A DNA stretch of 40,714 bases from Octopus sinensis (Eukaryota), in NCBI RefSeq assembly GCF_006345805.1, contig NW_021835371.1, positions 1 to 40,714 on the forward strand, read 5' to 3'. The translations under genes and the position numbers were made by a program. Within the stretch, counting starts at the first letter, position 1; the number at the start of each line of letters is the position of its first letter. Shown one piece after another: positions 23,717 to 35,282 of this stretch. The notes below the pieces were generated by a model. It did not search any database and was not told the origin of the DNA. It worked only from the letters and a program-made list of their open reading frames with translations.

Positions 23717-24078
23717 GGTGGTGTTGATGATAATGACGACGATGAGGATGATAATGATGGTGGTGGTGGTGGTGGTGATGGTGGTGATGATGATGATGGT
23801 GGTCGTCGTCGTCGTGATGATGATGGTGGGGTGATGATGATGATGATATGTGATAGCTTATCCTTTCTATCTAATGCTTTTGTAATGATGATGATGACAT
23901 AGTGGTGATGCTGTGGCTTTCAAGACTCTTTTTCTGATGGTGATGACTGGGTTTTATATTGTACCGTTGTTGTTGTTGTTGTAATGATGACAATGATGAT
24001 GGTTGGTTTTGATATTGGTATTTGTCTTTATATAGTAAGTAGTACAGTTTATTACCGTGGTGGTAATGATGCTGCTGC

Positions 24079-24110
<32 letters not shown>

Positions 24111-24960
24111 ATGAGGATGATGATGATGATGACGATCATGATGGTGATGATGAAAGTGGTTAAGGATGAAGCGCTTCTTTTTGTCGTTGTTGTTATTGTT
24201 GTTGTTGTTGTGATGGTGGTGGTGGTGGTAGTCGTCGTCGTCGTCCCCGTCTCGGCTAATTAGTTAGAGCCACACGTGGGTAGATAGCAATGATGGAGAT
24301 GACGATGATGATGACGATGGTGATGACGATGGTGATGATGATGATGATGATGACGACGACGATGATGATGACGATGACGATGATGATGATGATGACGATG
24401 ACGACGACGACGACGATGATGATGATGATGATGATGATGATGACGATGATGATAATGATGATGATGATGATGATGACGATGACGATGACGATGATGATGA
24501 CGATGATGATGATGATGACGATGATGATGACGATGATAATGATGACGATAATGATGATGATGATGATGATAATGGTGATGAGGATGCTGATGATGACGAC
24601 GATGAGGATGATGATGATAATGGTGATGAGGATGATGATAATGGTGATGAGGATGATGATGAGGATGGTGATGATCGGGCTAGAAACGGCGCTAGAGATG
24701 GTGGTGGTAGTGGTAGTGGTGGTGGTGATGATAATGATAAAAGTGATTAAGTTTGAAGCGCTTCTTTTCGGTTCTTGTAATGGTGGTGGTTGAGATAAAG
24801 TGGTATTTAGGGGGGGGACTGGTGGTGGTGGTGGTGGCACTGGTGGTGGTGGTGGTGTTGCTGGTGGTGGTGCTGGTGGTGTTGCTGGTGGTGGTGGTGC
24901 TGGTGGTAGTGATGGCTTGTTGTATTCGTAGGGTTGTGGGGCTGGTGCGGACGGTAGAGG
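23100..24960. repeat. About 1.8 kb mosaic of (GGT), (GAT), (GAC), (GCT) and (GTT) trinucleotide repeats
   Basis: Directly visible; source of the poly-M/V/P/H/I ORFs. Confidence 0.9.
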
Positions 24961-25217
24961 CGTAACTTGTTGCGTGATTGATATAGGATCGAATACAACG
25001 GACAGTTTTGTTTATGTATGTTGCGTTGTGGTATTGTATATGTGTGTGTGTAATATATATATGGTACACACACACACAGATGCACACACGCCTGTATACG
25101 TGCGTGCAGTCACATGATTTCACTATAACTCACCCCCACTCCTATTTACACGCGTGTTGTATATGTATGTGTATGAACAGATGTGTGTATGCGTATGTAT
25201 ACATATGTTTGTCTCTT

Positions 25218-25297
<80 letters not shown>

Positions 25298-25859
25298 GCG
25301 TGGGGGTGGCTAGGGTAAGCGGCAGTTTCCAATCAGATGTGATACCTAGAACTCCGCTGATTGATTACATCCCTTACCAATTGTGAACAGCTGTCATGTT
25401 GATATGCCGTCAGTGAGATTCGATCTCCCATCCCTGTTGCATTCAGCATATGCCTGAACATAAACACACACACACGCACACACACACACACGTACGCATG
25501 TATGTATGTATGTCATCAGTCTAACTAACATTCAAACCTGTCTCACACGCTGACACAAACAATCATTCTTTGCAAATTCTTCTGTTTCATTGAAGAATGT
25601 TAATTAATGTTTTATATCCAGATTTAATTTAGCTTCAGCAGCAACAACAGCAACAGTTACATCCAGTTCATCATCATCATCATCGTCGTCGTCGTCATCG
25701 TCGTCGTTATCATCATCAACATCGCCATCACCATTCACATCATTATTGTTGTATGGGAAAACGGTCACATACACACATACAGACAGACACATACATTCAC
25801 ACATTACCCAAAACCTCCTCCACCACGACCATATCACGGTAGTCCATGTCATGTCATCT

Positions 25860-25927
25860 ATAAGCGATCATATTAACTTTTATAAGACATAAGCGATCAT
25901 ATTAACTTTTATAAGACATAAGCGATC
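25860..25927. repeat. Perfect 29-bp tandem duplication (about 2.3 units)
   Basis: ataagcgatcatattaacttttataagac x2 plus ataagcgatc. Confidence 0.9.
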
Positions 25928-26160
25928 TTAACGATTGCAATGAAACACACGCACACACACATACACAAGCAGAAGCACACAGTAAGCAAGAGAGAAAGAG
26001 AGGTGAAGAGAATGAGCTTCCTTCGTCGACTTCATCCCGTGTAGCTTTAACGTAACAGCTTATTGTATTACCTTCCACCTTCCACCGACACTAACCCAGA
26101 CGTGCCACTCAACAATATGAACGGTTCAACATCAAATTGATTAACTGACGTCCCAATCTT

Positions 26161-26196
<36 letters not shown>

Positions 26197-26249
26197 CAGA
26201 TTCTCTTATTCTTTTGTTTCAGCCATTGGATTGCGACCATGCTGGGGTA

Positions 26250-27583
26250 TCGACATATGCCCACAGGTCGGAGATTGTTGGACACTGCACGATTGCGTGC
26301 AGAACGGTTTCGTCGCTCTGCCCGCATCTAGGGCAGGTCGGCCCCGTGTTTCTCGAGCCATGCCTATAGAGCTTATCCTGAACGGGTAGCGCTTCTCGGT
26401 AGCACTGCCAGGCCAGGGATCTCTGGAAGTTGTCCATAGGTCCCGGCCTGAAAGTCGTCTCAAACAGGCGGGTCAGGTATTCCTCGTCGACGCCCAGGTT
26501 TGCCTCAAGATCGTCGTCGTACCTCCCCTCCACTAATCCCCTATAGAATGCTTTGGTTGTGTTGAAGTCACTCAAGGTTGACCCGGGACGGCAGAGTTGC
26601 TTGAGAGCAACGCGACACTCGCGGTGCCATTCGCCCTTCCTCGGCCTCTTTTTGATCCACGACTGCAGTTCGGTCGTGGAGACGAGCTGCGGGAATGCGT
26701 GCCTCACAAACGGCGACCACACCTGTTCACCGTCGTTCCACAAGAAGCCGAAGAGAATGCGTTCTAGTTTGGTGATGGTAGGGTCGGGACAATGTACGAC
26801 GGTCAGGCGGTAGTAGATGATGGACGCGATGTACGTGTTCGCCACCTTCGCCCGACCTTTTAGGGACAGTTTCCTCTCGGCCCATTGCCGGGCGAGAGTG
26901 ACCACCCTACTCGTTATCTCGTTCCAGTTCTTCTCCATTTGGAGGTCCGGACCGAACCAGACCCCGAGCAACTCAACTGGGCCGTCCGTCCAGCGTCCCA
27001 CGACGGAGGTACTGGTGGACGGCATGGGCTTGCTTCTCCAGGTACCGAGCTGCAAGCCCACTTTTCCCGGTTAATTTTCGCTCCTGTCACCGCTTCGTAG
27101 TCTTTCAGTGTCTCGCCGACCAGCTCGATGTGCTTGTGGCTTGACACTATGACGGTGACGTCGTCCGCGTATGCAGACAAGCTCGTCCCGCATCCCAATT
27201 CTCGCGGGATGCCCCTGAGTCGTAGTAGTGACTCGAGGGTCAATACGTATAGAAGCGACGAGAGGGGGCATCCCTGATGGACCGAACGTGCAATGTCGAA
27301 AGGTCTCGATAGATGTCCATTTACACGAATTACCGAACGGATGCCTCTGTACAAGGCAGCTATCCAGCCGCGGAAGACGGGACCTAAACCAGCCGCTCTC
27401 AGGACTGCCTCCAAGTATCGATGTTCTACCCTATCGAAGGCTTTCGATTGATCCAAATTGATCAGGGCCCCACCCATGCCAAGTTCCTTAACTACTCTGT
27501 CTATGATGTAGCGCATCAGATGGAGGTTGCCATGGATGCTCCGGCCCGGCAAGACGCACGTTTGCGCCTTTTCGACCAGTTTC
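26250..27583 (-). mobile_element. L1/Tx1-clade LINE ORF2 fragment (RT domain to CCHC), frameshifted and truncated at both ends
   Basis: ORF 26914-27552: LDQSKAFDRVEH, SVHQGCPLSSLLYVL, YADDVT, GAKINREK; frameshift near 27062; ORF 26219-27061: VELLGVWFG, LSLKGRAKVANT, LFGFLW, CPRCGQSDETVLHAIVQC; visibly more GC-rich than the flanks. Confidence 0.9.
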
Positions 27584-27613
27584 TATTTATCTAGCTATCT
27601 TTGTATTTATCTA

Positions 27614-27649
<36 letters not shown>

Positions 27650-27683
27650 TGTATGTATGTATGTATGTATGTATGTATGATGT

Positions 27684-27881
27684 ATGTTTGTGTGTCTGTG
27701 TTTGTCCCCCCAACCGATGCTGGTGTGTTTACGTCCCCGTAACTTAGCGGTTCGGCAAAAGAGACTGATAGAATAAGTACTAGGCTTACAAAGAATAAGT
27801 CCTGGGGTCGATTTGCTTGACTAAAGGCGGTGCTCCAGCTTGGACACAGTCAAATGACTGAAACAAGTAAAAGAGAAAAGA
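27684..27881 (+). mobile_element. SINE family A 3' half (head missing)
   Basis: gtgtttgtcccccc...aacttagcggttcggcaaaagag...ggggtcgatttgcttgactaaaggcggtgctccagc...aagtaaaagag. Confidence 0.85.
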
Positions 27882-28423
27882 AGCCGCACACTAAATTTTC
27901 CAGGTAAAAAAAATAGCGGCTTATACACCGGAAAATACAGTAATTGTAGTGGCAGTGGCAAGTTCAGTCACTGGTTGGTAGTCGATAGTGTAGAAGTGGC
28001 TGTCCGCCAGTAGAGAGGGGAAGAGTAAGGAATGCACGAGAACAGAGTGGTGACATTTAGTGGAGAAGATCCGGAAGTTGTTCCTCTTCGATTACTACCA
28101 CAAACAGCAGTAGCTTTCTTCAACTGAATACACGTCGTTGATTGGTTAAAATTACCCAAATACGACAACTTTAACACGAAATAAATTCTAAAATACGAAA
28201 TTTAGTCAAAAATGTTCAAAGTAAACCGTGTTCTACGTGAGAAATTACACCAGTGTATGAAGTTTCAAACTGTTTAACTAAAAAAAAATTGCTTAAAAAA
28301 TCTGTAAGCCAAACTGAACAGATTCAAACTCTTTTGCATAGTTTTTAGATAAGCTTTCTTATAAGACTATCTGATCCCATGCCGTCAAAAATGACGGCTA
28401 ATTCTAGGATTTTATACATATAT

Positions 28424-28838
28424 AGGCGCAGGAGTGGCTGTGTGGTAAGTAGCTTGCTAACCAACCACATGGTTCCGGGTTCTGTCCCACTGCGTGGCAT
28501 CTTGGGCAAGTGTCTTCTGCTATAGCCTCGGGCCGACCAAAGTCTTGTGAGTGGATTTGGTAGACGGAAACTGAAAAAAGCCTGTCGTATATATGCATAT
28601 ATATATATATGTATGTGTGTGTATATGTTTGTGTGTCTGTGTTTGTCCCTCTAGCATTGCTTGACAACCGATGCTGGTGTGTTTACGTCCCCGTCACTTA
28701 GTGGTTCGGCAAAAGACCCCGATAGAATAAGTACTGGGCTTACAAAGAATAAGTCCCTGATCCGATTTGCTCGACTAAAGGTGGTGCTCCAGCATGGCCG
28801 CAGTCAAATGACTAAAACAAGTAAAAGAGTAAAAGAGT
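28424..28838 (+). mobile_element. Full-length SINE family A
   Basis: As for 22381-22816. Confidence 0.9.
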
Positions 28839-29280
28839 ATATAAGGTACATAATAATCACAGATACATACATTCATATACCTCCCTTGTACACACACACT
28901 CACACGGAGTTGAAACGCTGTTTGATTTTTCTTTTTAGCGTTGATTGTTCATCATCCTACTTCCATTGCACGCACACACACGCGCAAACACATACACACA
29001 AACACAGACATACACGCACACATTCATATGACTCCCTTTTACATACACAAACGTGCCCCAGCATGGCTGCAGCCTCAAGGCTAAAACATATAAAAAAGTG
29101 AAAGAATAGACTCACCGCTGAGCTGAAACGTTGTTTGATTTTTTCTTCACCGTAGAACTTCCATCATCCCGCTACCAAGTTTGCCATCACCGCTTCCTTC
29201 CCCATTCATCTATCACCCCTTCCTTTCTCGTTTATATGTTGTGACGGAGGAATACGCGAGAGTATTATTATAGCAGATTA

Positions 29281-29571
29281 GGCGCCGAGCTGGCAGAAAC
29301 GTTAGCATGACGGGCGAAATGCTTAGCGGTATTTCGTCTGTCGCTATGTTCTGAGTTCAAATTCCGCAGAGGTCGACTTTGCTTTTCATCCTTTCGGGGT
29401 CGATTAAATAAGTACCAGTTACGCACTGGGGTCGATGTAATCGACTTAATCCGTCTGTCTGTCCTTGTTTGGCAAAGTCGACCTCGGCGGAATTTGAACT
29501 CAGAACGTATTGGCAGGCGAAATACCGTATTGGCAGGCGAAACGTGCTAACGTTTCTGCCAGCTCGCCGCC
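29281..29571. mobile_element. Adjacent inverted pair of SINE B copies (+ then -)
   Basis: ggcgccgagctggcagaaacgttagca...gaggtcgactttgc then gcaaagtcgacctcggcgg...tgctaacgtttctgccagctcgccgcc. Confidence 0.85.
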
Positions 29572-30466
29572 TTCGTTACTTACCACTCCTAAAACCACCC
29601 CAGTTGCTAGAAATTCGATGTGCATCAGTCTGGAGACACCAGAAGAGTGTACACATAACCATTTCTCATTTCTCGTGTTAGAATTTTGGTTTTGGTCGAT
29701 GTTTTTCCCCACCAGAGAAGAACCAAAGCACGCCATGATCATGAATGGTTTTAACCTTGATAAATAACCAATTGGCACTGATCAAACGTTTTACCTGTGT
29801 CTTTGCCGACATAATTGGCTTCTCACTAAACACGACAACAGGATAATATAAATGATATGAATAAGTGTTTGTACAGATAATCCATCAACGGATTATAAAC
29901 TGCAATTCGAAAGATTCACCTTTTGTCATACACAATGTGATATGCTAATTTTGTTTGTAAATTAATTACATTAAAGATACGCGTACCTGGCCTGTGGAGT
30001 ATTCAGCCACTTAAGCTTTAATTCAGTTGATCGAACAACTAAAATCTCAAGGTCAGATGTTCTGACCGAGATCCATTTTTGTTGTTGCTAGGAAACAACA
30101 CCGACCGCTTCCATTGTACTTCTCCCCGAGTCAGTTTGCTTGGAACACTGCTGCTGCACAACGGTGCAGTGGGCCGTGTGTGTGTGGGGGGGGGAGTGAG
30201 TGTGTGTATTTGCAGCTGCATTTGTGAATGTGTGTAAGAGTGTGTCTGTGTATGTGTTTGCTTGTGTATATGTGAGTGTATGTATGTGTATGTAAATGCG
30301 TGCATGTACATATCTGCGTGCACGTACATATCTGTGTGTCTCTATATACGTATGTGTCTGTGTGTTTGCGTGTTTATGTATGTATGCGTGTGTGTAGGTA
30401 GATATGTAGGAGTGAGTGTAAGCGCGCGCGCGCGCGTGTGTGTGTGTTCATAAACCTGAAATATAG

Positions 30467-30504
30467 AAGGATGTAATGAAAGCGTCCGACAGAAATTTAA
30501 CAAG
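30467..30504 (+). CDS. Weak candidate 38-nt exon (KDVMKASDRNLT+2 nt)
   Basis: Good donor AAG|GTGAGA but poor acceptor (aaatatag after a TG tract); phase 0 to 2 would link the 706-781 and 38722-38783 candidates. Confidence 0.2.
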
Positions 30505-30772
30505 GTGAGAGAAGATTCTTTTCACCTGCTGACGACCGGAGTGAGAACAGCTCTCAAAATGTAAGAGTTCTAAGAAGGTTTTTTTTTTATTCGTTTTTTT
30601 CCGGGAGAGAGAGAGAGAGAGAGAGAGAGAGCTGCATTAATTATTCCTTGGGACCCCTTTGCACACTGAACCCAAGAAATGATACGCAGAAGGAAACCCA
30701 GCTTCCCACCCATTCATTTCATATCGGTCTGGATGAAAAGAGAAAGACAGAAAGGAGAGGAAGACAAGTTAA

Positions 30773-30960
30773 GGCGATCCTTCGGTATAGGTACCGTAAG
30801 TACCGGAAGTGGCTTTGTTTACATTTCTGAAGATAATAGAAACCCTTTTCTCCCACCCCTAACCCTAACACAAACCCTAACCCTAACCCCCATATATATA
30901 AAAAAAAACACTATCTTGATATGTATCCGGTTCTTCCGGTACCTATACCGAAGTTACGCC
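30773..30960. mobile_element. IR-bounded non-autonomous element containing (CCCTAA)n
   Basis: Perfect 17-bp IR cttcggtataggtaccg (30780-30796) / cggtacctataccgaag (30937-30953), outer ggcg/cgcc; four CCCTAA units at 30858-30890. Confidence 0.65.
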
Positions 30961-30975
30961 GTTATTATTCTAAAC

Positions 30976-31321
30976 CAGTGGTTCTCAACCGGGATCCGCA
31001 TGGACACTAAGGGGCTATATGAGATTTTTGGGGTCCACATAACAGAATAGTAAATTGGGGATCCATAATAGTATTTTAATGGCCCTTGAAATAGTTTTAC
31101 TTTAGATGTATGTATTGGTATGTATTGCAAGGGACAGCTAGATTCCCTTCTCTAACATTTTACAGAGTTCATCCTACACGAGTAAAATGTATGGAAAACA
31201 AAACAGGAAAGAAGTATCTGTAAAACTAATTTATTAACATTGAATGGCGATGGGTGTCCACTAGAATAAAATGGTAATCAAAGGCCTCTGTAGCAAAAAA
31301 AAACATCGTTGAGAACCCCAA
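30976..31321 (+). mobile_element. hAT (Charlie-like) MITE
   Basis: TIR cagtggttctcaac / gttgagaacccca; 8-bp TSD ttctaaac / ttgtaaac (7/8). Confidence 0.8.
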
Positions 31322-31581
31322 TTGTAAACGAGAGAAATCTCGGCTGGTGTCGGAAAGATGAATGTATTGTACAAGCGATACATTGCGATAGGGGCGAAAA
31401 AACGACAGTGTTTGCTGTGGTAATTGGTTGTTGCTTGCCTTTTTAGTTTGGAAAGAAGGCAGCGCTAATAACCCTTTACAACGGCTCCGAGACTGGAAGG
31501 GCAAAGAGGGAGGAATAAATTTATCCCCTGGCTGTGCTTACCAACCACATGGTTTCGGGTTCAGTCCCACTACATGACACC

Positions 31582-31808
31582 TATTTCTTTATTACCCACA
31601 AGGGGTTAAACACAGAGGGGACAAACAAGGACAAACATAGGTATTAAGTCGATTACATCGACCCCAGTGCGTAACTGGTACTTAATTTATCGACCCCGAA
31701 AGGATGAAAGGCAAAGTCGACCTCGGCGGAATTTGAACTGACAACGTAACGCAGACGAAATACCGCTAAGCATTTCGCCCGGCGCGCTAACGTTTCTGCC
31801 AGCTCACC
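31582..31808 (-). mobile_element. SINE B1 inserted into the head of a SINE A copy (about 31535-31840)
   Basis: A head ...cccactacatgacacc| resumes as ...gcaagtgtctgctactatagc after the B1 copy. Confidence 0.85.
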
Positions 31809-32259
31809 GTGTGCAAGTGTCTGCTACTATAGCACCAACCAAATGGTGGTGTTAAACCGGGCGACAGTTTAAGTATGTCAGGAGTTGTTTCATGTCATAA
31901 TTATTCTCATAATTGTGATACCATTAAGGACGAAAGAGAAGTGGTTTTATGTCGTAATTGTTCTCACATTTGTGATACCATTAAGGAAGTAAGTTATTTA
32001 TTAAGTAACTAGAAAAGAAAAAAATGTTGGTCCTCTTGTTGATGTGTGTGAATAGTGATTCTACATATCAACACCGATACTCCAGAAAAGAAACGTGGAT
32101 GCTGTAACTTAGCAGTTGGCAAAGAGAAAACGATAAAATTAGTATGAGAATGAAATTAGTACTGTGGAGGAGATGACACATGAAAGACTAAACTCTTGAA
32201 CACGTGCTCCAGCATGGTCGGGGCCTTGTGACTAAATCTAATAAAACAGTGTTTCAAAT

Positions 32260-32460
32260 TTTTGACGCAAGATCAACAATTTTGAGGGGAAGGGCAAGTC
32301 ATTTACATCGACTCTACTACTTGGATGGTACTTTATTTTATCGACCCTGAAAGAAAGAGTTGACTTAGGCGGAATTTCAACTCAGAACATAAAAAAGCCG
32401 GGAAAACGCTGTTAAGCATTTTGTCCGGCGATGCGACGATTCTTCCAGCTCGTCCCCTTT
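32260..32460 (-). mobile_element. Diverged SINE B2
   Basis: tttacatcgactc...ttatcgaccctgaaa...ggcggaatttcaactcagaac...ccagctcgtccc. Confidence 0.65.
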
Positions 32461-32681
32461 AAATCCTGTAAAAATTATAAAGAATAAGTATGTATTTCAA
32501 TTCAGATAGAAACCCGCCCATCTTCCAAGCAGTTGCTTTGCTTTGGAACAATCATGTGGTTTCGAGTTTGTTCCTATTGCACGGCGTTTTGGGTGCCTCC
32601 TACTTCAGATTCCGCTTCCGGTCAACCCAAGCCCCATGGGTAAAAATCGGCTTGGTGGGAACCTGCCAGATTAACTGTACC

Positions 32682-32911
32682 TATTTCTTTATTACCCACA
32701 AGGGGTTAAACACAGAGGGGACAAACAAGGACAGACATAGATATTAAGTCGATTCCATCGACCCCAGTGCGTAACTGGTACTTAATTTATCGACCCCGAA
32801 AGGATGAAAGACAAAGTCGACCTCGGCGGAATTTGAACTCACAACGTAACGCAGACGAAATACCGCTAAGCATTTCGCCCGGCGTGCTAACGTTTCTGCC
32901 AGCTCGCCGCC
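32682..32911 (-). mobile_element. Full-length SINE B1 with TSD
   Basis: 11-bp direct repeat ttaactgtacc at 32671-32681 and 32912-32922. Confidence 0.9.
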
Positions 32912-33348
32912 TTAACTGTACCACTTTTCAGAGTGGACACGAATCGGTGCTCTGGTTTTCACTCCTTCACCTGACCCTTGGATGTGCCTTTAGCGAAGCG
33001 AGGACCAAGTCCCTAATCTGAGAATAACGCAATATGGCTATTCTTACTACATCAACCGATAGGCCACGGTTATTTCCGGTTTGAGTATGCCTTCCTTTAT
33101 CCACCAGACTCCATTATCTGCCTTTGCACAGTTTCTACGGTTGGATGCCCTCCCCAACCCCAATCACTTTACAGAGGGAACTGGGTGCTTTTTATGTGTT
33201 ACAGACTACACCAGTCATGAGTAAACGAAGGCCCACGGGACTTTCCGAATGGCACGCTTAATGAAAAGTTACCTTGAATTTTTGTAGTAGTGCGGCCTGT
33301 ATGACGATGACCATATCTGCACTACATACTGTATGCCATTCCTAACAG

Positions 33349-33349
<1 letters not shown>

Positions 33350-33393
<44 letters not shown>

Positions 33394-33563
33394 ACTCTCT
33401 CTCTTTCTCTCTCTCCCTCTCTCTAACTTTCTCTCTCTCTCCCTTTTCCCTCTTTCTCTCTCTCTCTCCTTCCCTGTTTTTTCTCTCTCTTTCTCTCCCT
33501 GTTTCTCCCTCTCAGCCCCCTTTTCTTTCTCTCGCTCACTTTCCCTGTTTCTCTCTCCTTACC

Positions 33564-33600
<37 letters not shown>

Positions 33601-33726
33601 TGCTTTCTCTATCTCTCTCCTTCTTTCCATGTTTCTCTCTCTCTCTCTCTTTCTCTCCCTGTTTGTCTCTCTCTCAGCCCTCTTTTCTTTCTGTCTCGCG
33701 CCTTCTCTCTTTCTCTTCCTCTCCCT

Positions 33727-33775
<49 letters not shown>
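33350..33775. repeat. About 430 bp polypyrimidine (CT-rich) tract
   Basis: Directly visible. Confidence 0.95.
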
Positions 33776-33777
<2 letters not shown>

Positions 33778-34724
33778 ATGGACGCAAACAACCCAAAATT
33801 CAGCCTCCCACCTCCTCTACGCAGCCTACTCCCACCAAGACTAAAAAAAAAAAGACATGAACGGAAGAAACGTATAACAAACAACAAAAATATACACCAT
33901 TAATTATTAAAAAAAAACTCCCTCCTCACACCAACACACCCTAATTCACAGTTTTCACTATTTCTGACGTCATCAACTTTTGTTTAAAACTTACCAATCA
34001 CGTGACTACATTGATAAACCAGTTATTTTGTTCCATTCCGACATTTGGCGTCCGATTATTTTGCTGCATTTCTTGTGTTTCCTCGTTGTTGTTATTATTT
34101 CGGCTGAGTTGATCTATTTTTGGTACAACACCAATGAAACATGTAACATATATAATAATAACCTGTTGATGGTGGAGAAAGTAGCCATATTAACGGTAGA
34201 GATGACGGCGCGAGTGATGCTAATGATGATGATGATGGTGGTGGCAGTGGGGCTTTTTTTTCTTTTCACTATTTTTGTTAGGTTTTTTGTTTTTTTACTA
34301 TTTATTTATTTTCTATTTTCTTTTCCGCCATCCATTGTTGGAGTGATTATGTTATTTATAGTCTCCGCCAAGCGTATAGGTGTTGGTGCTGGTGGTTGTG
34401 GTTACAATCAAGGTGATGATGTAGAAACTAGTGGTTGCGAATGATAGCAGAGTTAGGTGTGGTGCTGGTTGTTGCGGTGTCGTGTTCGGTGGGTGGGTGT
34501 GTGGTAGCCGTGGTATTATATTTTTTTGTGGAAATGTCGGCGATAATTGTGGTACTGTTGTTGTAGTTTAACTAGCCCAAGATCAACCCTGATCAAGCTG
34601 ATCAAATATATTCCAGACATGACCATTCCATCTTTTAAGGGATATGTATATTTACGCAAATTGTGTGCGTGTGTGTGGGTGTGTGTGGGGGGTGCGTATG
34701 TGTGGGTGTGTGTGTGTGTGTGTG

Positions 34725-34844
34725 TAGGTATGGTTATTTCTCAACCACATGGTTCTGGATTCAGTCTCACTGCATGGCACCTATAGCCTCAGGCCGACCA
34801 AAGCTTTGAATGGATTTGGTAGACGGAAACTGAAAGAAGCCCGT

Positions 34845-34877
<33 letters not shown>

Positions 34878-35113
34878 CGTGTGTGTGTGGTGGTCTTTAT
34901 GCTTATGTTTGTACCCCACAACCCCTTGACAACCAGTGTTGGTTTGTTCACGTTCCCATGACTAGGCGATTCGCGCAAGAGAGAGAGAGAGATAGAAGTG
35001 ACAGGCTTCAAAATAATTACTATGGTAGTTTCTTTCGATTAGGGAACCCTTCGAGACGTCAAGACGGTACCCCACGATGGCTGCAGTCCAATCACTAAAG
35101 CAAGTAAAAGATG
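34725..35113 (+). mobile_element. Diverged SINE family A copy
   Basis: caaccacatggttctggattcagtctcac...ggatttggtagacggaaactgaaagaagccc, microsatellite, 3' half, aagtaaaaga. Confidence 0.75.
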
Positions 35114-35184
35114 GGCTTCTAGACTCATGAGTTCCTATTTCCGGGCAAGTACTCAGTGTGCCCGTACCTTAAGACGGCATTAGA

Positions 35185-35197
35185 CAAACAGACAGAC

Positions 35198-35282
<85 letters not shown>
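35185..35282. repeat. (GACA)n(GATA)n microsatellite
   Basis: Directly visible. Confidence 0.95.

Noticed and set aside
27888-27910. + strand aaattttccag|gtaaaa second ratchet-like site
   Set aside because: Short tract and weak donor; plausible by chance in AT-rich DNA.
30858-30890. Telomeric repeats suggesting a chromosome end or fusion
   Set aside because: Only four units, enclosed in a small IR element.
33980-34444. 154-aa hydrophobic ORF resembling a membrane protein
   Set aside because: Hydrophobicity comes from T-rich and (GAT/GGT) low-complexity DNA.
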